From the NCBI GenBank assembly GCA_021818925.1, contig JAKASU010000001.1:188035-252034 (forward strand): a stretch of 64,000 nucleotides of DNA, read 5' to 3'. The position numbers were made by a program, and so were the translations under genes. Positions 9,059 to 18,654 of this stretch are shown here, piece by piece. Every line of letters starts with the position of its first letter. Positions within the stretch are counted from its first letter, which is position 1. Under the pieces are notes generated by a model. It worked only from the letters and a program-made list of their open reading frames with translations. It was not told the origin of the DNA and searched no databases. The stretch comes from Candidatus Micrarchaeota archaeon (GTDB taxonomy: Archaea; Micrarchaeota; Micrarchaeia; Micrarchaeales; CABMGC01).

Positions 9059-10170
9059 TCTTTGAGAATAAATTCTTCGAGCCTGTCCCTTAACTTGTCT
9101 TTCTTCTTCCTGTGCTCCTCAAGGAACCTATTTATCCTCTTTGCGAGGTCGTCCTTGTGCTCTCCGGCAAGAAGAGTGCCCTTTCTCTCCCCATCGAATA
9201 TCTTCTCTAGCTTCTTGTCGTCAGTCTCGAAGAGGTACTTGTAGTATTGGCAGACCGAGCACTTTTCCGGATCTCCCCCTAGTTTCTTCTGAAGCTCTGC
9301 CGTTGACTGCTGCCCTGTTATCGCCCTGTGCACCTTCTTCTCCACCACCTCTGGCGTATCGCTCAGGTAGATGGTGTCGTTCGGGTCGCTTGCCGACATC
9401 TTCGGCCTGCCGCCGAGCCCCGGGAGGAACTTTGCGTGCACTATCGCCGGCTTGTAGTAGCCCAGCTTTACGAGCGCGTCCCTTGCGACCCTGAAGTGCA
9501 CGTCCTGGTCTATCGCCAGCGGAATTAGGCATGGCACGTTCTTCTTCTCCTCGACAGATTTCAGGAACGCGGGCACAGCCTGCATGCTGGTGTAGAATAT
9601 GCTGCCTATGTTGGTCTCGTTAGTGAAACCGAACGCGTCCTTTACCATGGAGAATGTTATGCGCTTCGCGACCCTGACAGCCTGCCTGTAGAGGGTGCCG
9701 GCATAATCAGTATTGAAGAAGATCTTCGTCTTCTTCGGGTCGTAGCCTAGCGCGATGATGTTGAGCGCGTCATCGTAGGCAAGCTTGTGAACCTCATCGA
9801 AGCTCACGTTCCTGATCAGCGCCTTCTCCTCATCGGGTATCTGGATGTAGACCTCTGCCCCGAACTTCTCTTGGAGCCATTGGGTGAACATGAATGGTAT
9901 GAGGTGTCCCAGAGTCATCGAGCCGCTGGGCGCTATGCCTGTGTAGAGGTAGAACCTGTTGCCCTTCTCGTACTCGTCGAGCAGCCAGTTCATGTCCCTA
10001 TGGGCGTAGAAGATGTGCCTCCGTAGGAGCCAGTGGGAGCCTCCAGCCAGTTTCTCTATCCGCTCCTCGAGCTTCTTGTCTATCATGCTTATCCCGAACT
10101 CCTTGGCGAACCTCTCGTAGTCTATCTTGCCTTCTACGTCATACGGGGTTACCTTGAAGTTTTCAGACAT
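9055..10170 (-). CDS. trpS: Tryptophan--tRNA ligase, archaeal type
   Basis: VTPYDV, LLRR..F.AHRD, YTGIAPSG..LGH, IDQD.HFR and KMSAS. Confidence 0.97.
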   Translation of the reverse strand: MSENFKVTPYDVEGKIDYERFAKEFGISMIDKKLEERIEKLAGGSHWLLRRHIFYAHRDMNWLLDEYEKGNRFYLYTGIAPSGSMTLGHLIPFMFTQWLQEKFGAEVYIQIPDEEKALIRNVSFDEVHKLAYDDALNIIALGYDPKKTKIFFNTDYAGTLYRQAVRVAKRITFSMVKDAFGFTNETNIGSIFYTSMQAVPAFLKSVEEKKNVPCLIPLAIDQDVHFRVARDALVKLGYYKPAIVHAKFLPGLGGRPKMSASDPNDTIYLSDTPEVVEKKVHRAITGQQSTAELQKKLGGDPEKCSVCQYYKYLFETDDKKLEKIFDGERKGTLLAGEHKDDLAKRINRFLEEHRKKKDKLRDRLEEFILKD

Positions 10171-10196
10171 GGGCTCAACTATTGATAAATGGGCAA

Positions 10197-11642
10197 TTAT
10201 TTAAAGTGAGCATCGCTCGGGTACCAGACCGTGCCGTATTCCGTGTCCTCGATTTTTATACCGTGCTTCGACTCTATCTCCGTCCTCATCCTGTCCGCCT
10301 CTTCGAAGTTCTTGCTCTTCCTGAGATCGTCCCTCTGCTTTATCAGGAGGCTCGCGTCTTCGGGCAGCGTTTGCTTGTATATGCTCTCATTCACTATGCC
10401 AAGGAGCGTTCCCAAAACGGAAAGCTTGCCTATCGCCAGCTCTCTGGATTTCTGGTCGGTGCTGCCCTGCGCGTCAGCGAACTGCCTGACCTTCCTCATA
10501 GCCGCGGTCATCTTCATCAGGGCAAGCGGCGTGTTGAAGTCGTCGTTCATCGCATCGGCGAAGTCCTTCTCCAGTTGCTCCGCAATATTTACCAGCTCTT
10601 GCCCGCCGCTTCCTCCGTTCACTGGAAGGTTGTAGAGTATGCCTATCGACTGATTGATGTAGTACATGAGCTTGTTGGCGTCGCGCATCAGCTCATCCGT
10701 GTAGTTTATCTCCTTCCTGTAATGGGTCATGCAGACAAAGAGCCTAAGCGTCTCTGCCGGATATTCTGCAAGCGCTTCGCGTATCGTTATGAAGTTCTTC
10801 AGGCTCTTGCTCATCTTCTGCCCCTTTATGCTGAGCACGCCAGAGTGCAGCCAGTACTTTACGAACGGCTTAACCCCGAAGGCGGCCTCTGCCTGCGCGA
10901 TCTCGTTGGTATGGTGCGGGAAGATGAGCTCGCTTGCGCCTCCGTGTATGTCGTACTGCGGGCCGAAGAACGAGTAGGTTATCGCAGTGTCTTCTATGTG
11001 CCAGCCTGGCCTGCCGGAGAGCTTGACCTGTTTGCCATCGCTCTTCACCTCTATCTCCCACGAAGGCTCTCCGGGCTTGCTCGCCTTCCACAGGGCGAAA
11101 TCGTACACGTTCTTCTTGCCCTCCTTCGGCTCTATCCTGTGCTTCTCGAGTTCGTCTATCTTCATCCCTGACAGCTTCGTGTAGTCCTGAAACTTCGATA
11201 CGTCGTAATAGACGTCGCCGTCCAGCAGGTAGGCGTAGCCCTTGTCGATGAGCAGCTGCATCTGGTCGCGCATGGCGTTGATGTAATCGTGGGATCTGGG
11301 ATAAGACGACACGCTCTGCTTAACGCCTATCGCCTCCATGTCCTCCATGAACCTCTTCTCGCACTCGCGGGCCAGTTCAACAGGGTCTACGCCCTTCTCC
11401 TTCGCCCTGGCTATTATCTTGTCGTCTATGTCTGTTATGTTCTGTATGTAGTTTATCTCGTAGCCGGCGTGCCTCAGCCACCTCGCCACTATGTCGAACG
11501 AGATGTAGGTCCGTGCGTGCCCCAGATGGGCGTCATCGTACACTGTCTGGCCGCACACGAACATGTTTGCCTTCTTGCCGTGCATAGGTATGAACTCCTC
11601 CTTGCCCCTGGAGAGCGTATTGTATACCTGCAAGCGTTGCAC
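10197..11642 (-). CDS. cysS: Cysteine--tRNA ligase
   Basis: CGQTVYD.AHLGH, NITDIDDKII, DFALWK, GRPGWHIE, FPHH.NE and KMSKS. Confidence 0.97.
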   Translation of the reverse strand: MQRLQVYNTLSRGKEEFIPMHGKKANMFVCGQTVYDDAHLGHARTYISFDIVARWLRHAGYEINYIQNITDIDDKIIARAKEKGVDPVELARECEKRFMEDMEAIGVKQSVSSYPRSHDYINAMRDQMQLLIDKGYAYLLDGDVYYDVSKFQDYTKLSGMKIDELEKHRIEPKEGKKNVYDFALWKASKPGEPSWEIEVKSDGKQVKLSGRPGWHIEDTAITYSFFGPQYDIHGGASELIFPHHTNEIAQAEAAFGVKPFVKYWLHSGVLSIKGQKMSKSLKNFITIREALAEYPAETLRLFVCMTHYRKEINYTDELMRDANKLMYYINQSIGILYNLPVNGGSGGQELVNIAEQLEKDFADAMNDDFNTPLALMKMTAAMRKVRQFADAQGSTDQKSRELAIGKLSVLGTLLGIVNESIYKQTLPEDASLLIKQRDDLRKSKNFEEADRMRTEIESKHGIKIEDTEYGTVWYPSDAHFK

Positions 11643-11701
11643 CGAAGATAGTTTGATGGTTAAAATATTAAGGTTGACGCACTAAGAATCGTGTCGATTC
11701 C

Positions 11702-11887
11702 ATGAGGAGAGGAACTGTCACTTTCATGCTTGCTGTGCTGATAGCGTACATGGTGCAGGGCTCTATCTGGTACACGATGCCGTTGATATTCGCGCATGCG
11801 TTTGCCAACAACTACTTTGCTGTGGGACTGCTTATAGCGATCATACCGCTCATAGAGGTACTCGCCTTCAGGAAAAAGGATTTCTAA
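11702..11887 (+). pseudogene. Two-helix membrane ORF, probably a truncated MFS transporter N-terminus
   Basis: 61 aa with two TM helices resembling MFS TM1-TM2, ending 42 nt before tRNA-Gly. Confidence 0.4.
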
Positions 11888-11929
11888 CTATGCATATGAT
11901 TTTAATCCTGAATGGCGTAGCTAATGCAG

Positions 11930-12002
11930 GCGAGCGTAGTCTAGCCTGGTAGGACGTAGCCTTGCCAAGGCTATAACCCGGGTTCAAATCCCGGCGCTCG
12001 CA
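11930..12002 (+). tRNA. tRNA-Gly(GCC)
   Basis: Acceptor GCGAGCG/CGCTCGC, anticodon arm TAGCC-TTGCCAA-GGCTA, T-arm CCGGG-TTCAAAT-CCCGG. Confidence 0.95.
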
Positions 12003-12059
12003 CAGTGAAAATACGCGTACACGGGTCCAGATCCCATACGTAAACCTTTCTGGATGATA

Positions 12060-12626
12060 CTATCTACTCACGTTGACCTCAGCGTACATCTCTGTGCCTG
12101 TGCAGTAAGTATCGACCACCTGTGAGCCTGCTGGGAAAACGAAGAGGCTCATGGCTGTTCCGGTGCTATTGTTGCAGATTGCGTTTGCCTGCGCGCTTGT
12201 CACATTGTATGTAGCGCCAAGGTTGTATATGGTGTAAGGACTGAACCATACTAATGCAAATCCGGCACCGAGTTCAATCAATGTGATTACTATGGCTATG
12301 GCAATGAAGTGGCGATAGATTTTGCTGTGTTTTTGCATAAGCCAAAGCAACACGCCACCTATTATGAAGCCGAACATCACCATTTCGATGGCTACGAAAA
12401 GGTTGTATTGCCCCTTGTCCGGATTTTCATCTATGCCCTTCTTTGCCACATAAAGCAAAATTAACAGGAAGACCACTGTTACGAATATTGCCAAGGTGTC
12501 TGTAGCTAGAAAATTCAGCAATGCGAAAGAGATTATGCCTCCAAGTATGAAGGCTGCCCAGAAGCCGGGCTTGTCAGAGAAGGTTACCTTCCTTGCCGTT
12601 TTCTTACTTGCTATTTGCTTAGACAA
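12060..12626 (-). CDS. Hypothetical 4-TM membrane protein with a small extracellular C-terminal domain
   Basis: 188-aa ORF, TTG start after GTGA, four hydrophobic segments, two C-terminal Cys; AT-richer than flanks. Confidence 0.65.
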   Translation of the reverse strand: MSKQIASKKTARKVTFSDKPGFWAAFILGGIISFALLNFLATDTLAIFVTVVFLLILLYVAKKGIDENPDKGQYNLFVAIEMVMFGFIIGGVLLWLMQKHSKIYRHFIAIAIVITLIELGAGFALVWFSPYTIYNLGATYNVTSAQANAICNNSTGTAMSLFVFPAGSQVVDTYCTGTEMYAEVNVSR

Positions 12627-12699
12627 GGAATCACTTAATAGTGGAGAACTACTTAAACTTAAATAGTTAACCTAACTTACGTCATAGCATAGCGACATT

Positions 12700-12813
12700 A
12701 TGACCAGGCCGGAGAAGAAAATCTTGGATTGGTTCAAAGCGCATCCAGACGAAGATGTGACTGCTAAGACATCGGCTAAAAAGATTCGCGCTAAAGAACT
12801 GGGCGGAGGTTGA
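12700..12813 (+). pseudogene. 37-aa ORF resembling a wHTH N-terminal fragment
   Basis: MTRPEKKILDWFKAHPDEDVTAKTSAKK...; divergent from the 12626 gene across an AT-rich spacer. Confidence 0.3.
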
Positions 12814-13045
12814 AAACATGCCCTGGCACTTGTCTGAAACGATGTTGTTGACAAACCGGTTCTAGGAGAATGTGTCTCAAGAATCAATGCGTGGGAGTTC
12901 GGCTTTAGAATACCCAACACGGTGCGCGAGAATTTTCAAATCAGGTAGCCTATTTAAAATATAGAGAATTGTATGTTATTCGAAAGCGTTTGGAAATTTT
13001 GATTTAATCAATCTGCCCTGCGCTCGCAGTCATGTGTGTGGTACA

Positions 13046-13600
13046 ATGCGCGTCTCGAAGAAAGCGAACATCGGTGTAAGAAACAGGATAGAGGAGTTCG
13101 ACCACAGGATCTATAGAGACCTGAGGCACAAGCGCAACAGGAAGCACATACTGATACCCACCCTGATCACCACGATAGCGCTGATCCTGCTGATCTACAT
13201 CTTCAAGATCGCGAACCTCGACCTAAGGAGCAACATAGGCTACTCGCTCGTGGTCTTCACCTCCTTCGCGGGCAGCGCCTTCATACTGTTCATGACCCCA
13301 TACTCGAGGTCGTCGAGCACAAGGAGGTTCGTGAAGAGCTACGCGATAGCCAGCGTATTCGGCGAGCTGGGCTACCTGCTGACCGGGATTATAGGTTTCT
13401 ATCCTGCGGCGGCGTTCACAATCTTCGTGGTTGCGCTGCTCCTCTTTGAGACCGACAGCGCTCACCCTCCGGCAATGGGCATAGCTTTCGCCTTCGTGAT
13501 CTTCCAGATAGATTACGCGGGCCTAGTGATAGTCGTGCTGGGCGTGGCCCTCTTCGCTGGATTGAAACTGCTGCTCGAGAAGTTGAGAATCAACCCTTAA
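13046..13600 (+). CDS. HPP family membrane protein
   Basis: SFAGSAFILF.TP and AHPPA motifs, multiple TM helices. Confidence 0.85.
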   Translation: MRVSKKANIGVRNRIEEFDHRIYRDLRHKRNRKHILIPTLITTIALILLIYIFKIANLDLRSNIGYSLVVFTSFAGSAFILFMTPYSRSSSTRRFVKSYAIASVFGELGYLLTGIIGFYPAAAFTIFVVALLLFETDSAHPPAMGIAFAFVIFQIDYAGLVIVVLGVALFAGLKLLLEKLRINP

Positions 13601-13626
13601 ATACCTAAGAGGAGAACTCTCCCTGT

Positions 13627-13700
13627 GCGAGCGTAGTCTAGCCTGGTTAGGACTTTGCCCCTCCAAGGCAAAGAGCCGGGTTCAAATCCCGGCGCTCGCA
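13627..13700 (+). tRNA. tRNA-Gly(TCC) with C at position 33
   Basis: Same acceptor and T arms as tRNA-Gly(GCC); anticodon arm TTGCC-CCTCCAA-GGCAA. Confidence 0.88.
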
Positions 13701-13703
13701 TCC

Positions 13704-14936
13704 CTACTTCTTGGGCCTCAGCGCGACAAACCCGTACCTGTCGACATCAATGTATTTGCTGCAGTACTTCCTGAAGTCGTCTATGCTTACGCTGGTTATC
13801 AGGTTCGGAAACCGCTCTGTGAGCGTGGGTTCGTTGTAAACCGTCAGGTCCTCGGACATTGAAAGGGCTGTGCTCAGTGTGTCCTCCCTTCCTGTCAGCA
13901 TCCTGATCTTGTAACCGCGCTGTCGTGTCCTCAGCTCGCTCTTCGTTATCTCGCCGTCCTGCAACTTCTCGAATTCCTTCAGCAATATCTCTTTTGCTTT
14001 TTCTAGATTTACAGGCTCGATCCCGGCACCTGCTGCCAGAAAGCCAAAAGTGGAGTACAGGGAATACGACGCGCTCGGATCGTACGAAAGGCCGCGCTTC
14101 TCCCTTATCTCATCGTACAGCCTGTTTTTGAGCACCTCATAGATTACGGACACGGAAAGCATCTCCCTCATTCCCGCATCTACGAACCCCTTGGTTTTGA
14201 ATCCCATTCCTATCCTTGTCTGCTTTATGCCCTTCTTCCATACTGTCAGTTCCTTTTTGACCTGCGCCTCTCTGGCTGTGTTTCTTTTCGGCGCGGCCCC
14301 TTTCTTCTCGAAGTCGCCGAAGTACTTCTTCATTGTGGATATTATCTTTGCAGTTCCGACTCCGCCATAGACCGACACAAACATGTTGTTGGGCGAATAA
14401 TGGCTGTCGTAGATGCGCAATAGGTCTTCGCGTGTTGTGCGCCTTATCGATTTCTCGTCACCCCCGACCGAGAGCCTTGCCGGATGCTTGCTGTACAAAA
14501 CCTTGGGCAAAAAGTCGTAGAACATGTATATCGGCATGTCGCTGTGCAGGAGGTTCTCGTTTATTATCGGACCTCGTTCGAGCTCGAACTCTTTTTCAGG
14601 GAACACCGAGTTCCTGACCTGGTCTGAGAGAAGGTCGACCGCCCTTTCGAAGTATCCCTTGTAGCACCAGAGGAAATATGTTGTGGATTCCTTGTTCGTG
14701 AAAGCGTTCTGCTCCATGCCGTAGTTTCTCGCCTCCTCGATTATCTCCCGCCACGTCCTTTTCTTCGTGCCCTTGAACAGCATATGCTCGAGATAGTGCG
14801 CGGCGCCTCCTACGCGCGGATTGTCATCTATAGATCCGTATCTAAAACTTACGGCAATACCCACGGTCTGAAATTGGGGAGTCGAACGCATGGCGATCTT
14901 TACTCCGTTGTCCAGCTGCGCCGTTTTTGTCATCAT
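13704..14936 (-). CDS. M16 family zinc peptidase
   Basis: GAAHYLEHMLFKGT (HxxEH), NAFT and REKRGLSY motifs. Confidence 0.95.
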   Translation of the reverse strand: MMTKTAQLDNGVKIAMRSTPQFQTVGIAVSFRYGSIDDNPRVGGAAHYLEHMLFKGTKKRTWREIIEEARNYGMEQNAFTNKESTTYFLWCYKGYFERAVDLLSDQVRNSVFPEKEFELERGPIINENLLHSDMPIYMFYDFLPKVLYSKHPARLSVGGDEKSIRRTTREDLLRIYDSHYSPNNMFVSVYGGVGTAKIISTMKKYFGDFEKKGAAPKRNTAREAQVKKELTVWKKGIKQTRIGMGFKTKGFVDAGMREMLSVSVIYEVLKNRLYDEIREKRGLSYDPSASYSLYSTFGFLAAGAGIEPVNLEKAKEILLKEFEKLQDGEITKSELRTRQRGYKIRMLTGREDTLSTALSMSEDLTVYNEPTLTERFPNLITSVSIDDFRKYCSKYIDVDRYGFVALRPKK

Positions 14937-14993
14937 TCAATCCATCTCATTTTGTGTTTCACTTTTAAATATCAGTAACGTGTTCTATGATTC

Positions 14994-15284
14994 ATGAAGG
15001 TAACCATGACTGTACACGGGATAGTGCAGGGCGTCGGCTACAGGAATTTAGTGAGGGAGGTCGCCGCAAGACACGGAATAGCGGGCAGCGTGCGAAACGT
15101 GAGCGACGGCAGTGTTGAGATAGTCGCTGTCGGAACCTCTGAGTCGCTGGAAGGCTTCGAGCGGGAGATAAAGGTTAACGAGCGTTACGGGCCTCAGGTG
15201 ATGCACGTGGAGAGGAAGGAGCACGGCACCGCTTCGGATTCCGAATACAAGGGCTTCAGGATAGAAAAGGACAAGCGCCTATAG
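14994..15284 (+). CDS. acyP: Acylphosphatase
   Basis: VHG.VQGVGYR and GSVRN..DGSVE signatures. Confidence 0.93.
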   Translation: MKVTMTVHGIVQGVGYRNLVREVAARHGIAGSVRNVSDGSVEIVAVGTSESLEGFEREIKVNERYGPQVMHVERKEHGTASDSEYKGFRIEKDKRL

Positions 15285-16769
15285 CTCATAGTGCTCTTTT
15301 AGCAAGGGCAGCACTACCTTGTACTTGTTCTTCAGCTCCTCAGCGAACTCCTTCTGCTTCGTCTCGTCCCCGTGCACTATGAAGATGTTCTTCAGGCCCT
15401 TGACGCTGCTTATCAGCCTGAGAAGCTGAGCCTTGTCCGCGTGGCCCGAGAGGTGGTACGCCTCAACCTTAAGCCCGATCTTCACCTTCTTGCCGTCCAG
15501 CGATATCTCCTTGGCGCCGTTCAGCAGCTCCCTTCCCGGCGTTCCCTCGGCCTGGTAGCCGACCATGATGAGCTTGTTCATGTAGCTGTCTCCGAGCTTC
15601 TCCAGGTATCTTATCACCGGCCCTCCCTTCAGCATTCCGCTCGTGGTCACGATTATCGCAGCGCCCTCGGTCTTTATCACCTTCTGCCTGTCGTCCCTCC
15701 CTTCCACCGGGTGGAAGTTGGGGCTCTTGAATGGGTCGTCCTCGCTCATGAGTATGCGCTTCTGCAGTTCCTGCTTGCAGTATATGACGTTGTGCCTGTA
15801 GATGCGCATCGCCTTGTTGATCATTCCGTCGACGAATATCGGCACCTTCGGGATCGAGCCAGAGCGCATGTGGTCATCGAGGAGGAAGAGGACCTCCTGC
15901 GCCCTGCCCACCGCGAAGCTCGGTATTATCACCTTGCCTCCCTTGTTCAGCGTCTCCTTTATGCTCTCGGTGAATCCGGCCATGACTATCTTCTCCGAAG
16001 GGAAGATGTCTCCCTTGCCGCTGTACGTGCTCTCTGTTATGAGCGTGGCTGCGTTGAGGTACTCCGTGTATGCGGGGTCGAGCAGCTTGGTGCCCTTCAG
16101 GTTTATGTCACCTGTGTATAGGAGCCTGTTGTCGCCCTCCCTTATCTCCACCATGGCGCTGCCCAGGATGTGACCCGCTGGCACGAGCTTTATAGCGAGG
16201 TCCTTCACCCTGAACTCCTCATGGTACTCTACCATCTTGTAGTGCTTTGGCATCTTCGCAATCGCATCTTTTTTGATTCCCTTCGGTTTCGAGATCTGCA
16301 GGTAGTCGCTTGCTATCACGTTCACGAGCTCGAGCGTGGGCTTGAGCGAGTATATGGGACCGTTGAACCCGTTCGAGATGACGTGCGGCAGGTAGCCGCA
16401 GTGGTCCAGGTGGGCGTGCGATATGACAACGGCGTCGATGTGCTTGAGCATCGAGTCCTCTATCATCGGGTGCTCCTCCACCTCGCCAAGCTTTATCCCG
16501 GCGTCGATCAGTATCTTTGTGCCCTTGCCCTCGACCATTATGCAGCTTCTTCCCACCTCCCTGGCCGCACCGTAGAAGGTAAGCCTAAGCTTGCCCTCCT
16601 TTATCACCTCGTCCGCCTCCTTCGGCCTCCTCTCCTCCCTGGGCTTTGCGGGCTCTCTCGGCCTTGGGGCCGTCCTGTGCCTCGCTTCGCCGCGCCCTGT
16701 CTTTTGATAGGGCTTCATGTATGTCCTTTCTACGTCCCACTCATCAGTGTCTGCTAATTTTCTTTCCAT
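15279..16769 (-). CDS. beta-CASP metallo-beta-lactamase ribonuclease (aCPSF-like, no KH domains)
   Basis: EVGRS, SHAHLDH, AGHILGS, ESTY, FAVGRAQE and SGHAD; charged disordered N-terminus. Confidence 0.9.
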   Translation of the reverse strand: MERKLADTDEWDVERTYMKPYQKTGRGEARHRTAPRPREPAKPREERRPKEADEVIKEGKLRLTFYGAAREVGRSCIMVEGKGTKILIDAGIKLGEVEEHPMIEDSMLKHIDAVVISHAHLDHCGYLPHVISNGFNGPIYSLKPTLELVNVIASDYLQISKPKGIKKDAIAKMPKHYKMVEYHEEFRVKDLAIKLVPAGHILGSAMVEIREGDNRLLYTGDINLKGTKLLDPAYTEYLNAATLITESTYSGKGDIFPSEKIVMAGFTESIKETLNKGGKVIIPSFAVGRAQEVLFLLDDHMRSGSIPKVPIFVDGMINKAMRIYRHNVIYCKQELQKRILMSEDDPFKSPNFHPVEGRDDRQKVIKTEGAAIIVTTSGMLKGGPVIRYLEKLGDSYMNKLIMVGYQAEGTPGRELLNGAKEISLDGKKVKIGLKVEAYHLSGHADKAQLLRLISSVKGLKNIFIVHGDETKQKEFAEELKNKYKVVLPLLKEHYEL

Positions 16770-16830
16770 ATTGCATCAATTCTTTTTCTTTCAATTCCTT
16801 TTTGCTGTGCGTTTTTCCTATCCTATCATT

Positions 16831-17466
16831 CTATTCTTCTTTCTTTTTTATCGTGGCGATGTCCTCGAGGCTTACCTCGAAAGGTCCCTCGTGCTTGGGC
16901 GTTCGCTTCGGCCTGTGCTCGTCCGTGCTCTTCTTCCATCCGGTTAGGCCCCTGAGATTGGCATAGAGCGCATCGAGCTTCTTGTCGACCTCAAGCACCT
17001 GGTTCTTGTACGACTCCAGTGCCTTCCCTATCTCGTCTATATCCTTCGCCACGAGCTCAACCTTTCGCTTGAACCTGTAGGCGTTGAGGGCCTCGTCAAG
17101 TTCCTTGTTGATCTCGTTAAGCCTCTTTATCAGCTCCCTCTCGGCCGTGAGGGTGGCGGCCTCGGTGGCGATCTTGAACTCGATGCTGCTCTTCATCCTC
17201 TTCAGCCTGCCGACGTTCTTCGGGGCCGGGCTTGACACGGAGAGCTTGGATAGCGCTACCTGCTCCTCCAGCTTGTAGTTCATCTTCCCGCGCAGCCTGC
17301 GCATCTGGTCTATGAGTTGCGCGCGCTTCTTCTTCTCCTCCTCTATCTGCGCGTTTAGCCTTGTAGATGCTTCGCTCTGCGGGCTCTGTATCTTCGCAGG
17401 CTCCGGCTGCTTGCCCGCTTCCTGCTTCGCTTCTTCCGCCTTGATGTTATTTTCCGTTTCGCTCAG
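16831..17466 (-). CDS. Coiled-coil hypothetical protein, probable CTG start
   Basis: Frame stays open 54 codons upstream of the ATG at 17304, back to CTG 17466 overlapping the upstream TGA; IEFKIAT...ERELIK helix. Confidence 0.7.
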   Translation of the reverse strand: MSETENNIKAEEAKQEAGKQPEPAKIQSPQSEASTRLNAQIEEEKKKRAQLIDQMRRLRGKMNYKLEEQVALSKLSVSSPAPKNVGRLKRMKSSIEFKIATEAATLTAERELIKRLNEINKELDEALNAYRFKRKVELVAKDIDEIGKALESYKNQVLEVDKKLDALYANLRGLTGWKKSTDEHRPKRTPKHEGPFEVSLEDIATIKKKEE

Positions 17467-18644
17467 TTAACCGCCTGTTGTGAGACCAAAAGCCCGTAGG
17501 TTTTCAGGAGCCTATCGGTCACGCGCTCAGTTGAGTAGTCGCTTGCAGTCTCGACCGCGTGCTTCGTATAGGAATCCTTGTTATTTAAAACCTTATCTAT
17601 CTTCCTCGCGCAGTCGGCATAGTCGAGGGACGTGAACTTCTCGCCGTTCTTGCCGCTCTTTATCAGGTCTTTCAGCGCGAGATCGTTGGATCCCACAACC
17701 GGCTTCCCTGACGCCATCGCCTCTATCGCCACGATCCCCTGCGTCTCGAACTTGTGTGACGGCAGGCAGAGCAGGTCGCTGGCTGCGTAGACCTTCGGTA
17801 GTTCGTCGTGCTCCACGAACCCGAGGAAGGTGACACGGTCCGCTATCCCCAGCCTCATCGCGAGCTTTTTGCTCGATTCAAGCTGCGGGCCGGTGCCGCC
17901 GACAACGAACCTTATGCCGCTTCTCTTCTTGATCAGCAGCTTAGCGGCCTTGAGCATCACGTCTATCCTCTTCTCCTTGCTCATCCTGCCAACGTAGAGC
18001 ACCACCTGCTCGTTGCTACTTATGCCCAGCCTTTTCCTTACGCGTTCGCCGCTCACGCGCGGGCTGAACCTCTTTGTATCCACGCTGTTTGGGACTACCT
18101 GCACATTACCTATCTGATGCCTCCTCAGCATCGACGCCACTGCGTCGGAAGGTGCTATTGTCACATCGCACGACTTGTAGAAGAACTTGGTGTACTTCCA
18201 GAGATATGTCGAGTAGAAGTTCCTCAGCGTCCTGTTCTTCGGGTAGTAGTCGCTGAGCGAGCTGCTGTTTATCATGGTGTGGAACGTTCCGGCCAGCGGG
18301 TACCTGCCCAGCTTCGCGGCCAGCAGGCCCGTGAACCCCATCATGAAAGGGGTCTGCGCGTGCACCACGTCTATCTCCAGCCTCTTCAGCTGGCCTGGCA
18401 TGGACGAGTAGTAGGGAAAGAGCGCCACGCTGTACTGTGGATATGGCTTGAACCTGAGTCCCGTGTGCAGGAAGACGTTCCTTGATTCGTACATCTTCTT
18501 GTCCCGCAGCTGCGCGCTGGAGAATATGTATACCTTGTTGCCCCTCCTCTCGAGCTCGCGCTTGAACTCGAGCATCGATGTTACAACGCCGTCAACGGCT
18601 GGCAGGTAGCTATCGGAATAAAAGGCAATGTTCAGCTTATGCAT
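17463..18644 (-). CDS. GT4 glycosyltransferase
   Basis: DSYLP.VDGV, H.QTPF, YVGR...EK and ETQG...EAMASG.PV motifs. Confidence 0.95.
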   Translation of the reverse strand: MHKLNIAFYSDSYLPAVDGVVTSMLEFKRELERRGNKVYIFSSAQLRDKKMYESRNVFLHTGLRFKPYPQYSVALFPYYSSMPGQLKRLEIDVVHAQTPFMMGFTGLLAAKLGRYPLAGTFHTMINSSSLSDYYPKNRTLRNFYSTYLWKYTKFFYKSCDVTIAPSDAVASMLRRHQIGNVQVVPNSVDTKRFSPRVSGERVRKRLGISSNEQVVLYVGRMSKEKRIDVMLKAAKLLIKKRSGIRFVVGGTGPQLESSKKLAMRLGIADRVTFLGFVEHDELPKVYAASDLLCLPSHKFETQGIVAIEAMASGKPVVGSNDLALKDLIKSGKNGEKFTSLDYADCARKIDKVLNNKDSYTKHAVETASDYSTERVTDRLLKTYGLLVSQQAVN

Positions 18645-18654
18645 CAAAAAACAC

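Noticed and set aside
11930-13700. The two tRNA-Gly genes as attL/attR of one island
   Set aside because: Both are complete isoacceptors with different anticodons; the AT-rich insert ends near 13028 and the HPP gene looks native.
15372-16757. Long antisense ORFs here and at 10182, 21284, 37382, 49808, 53369, 53992 and 62116
   Set aside because: Shadows of well-supported genes on the opposite strand, with no motifs of their own.
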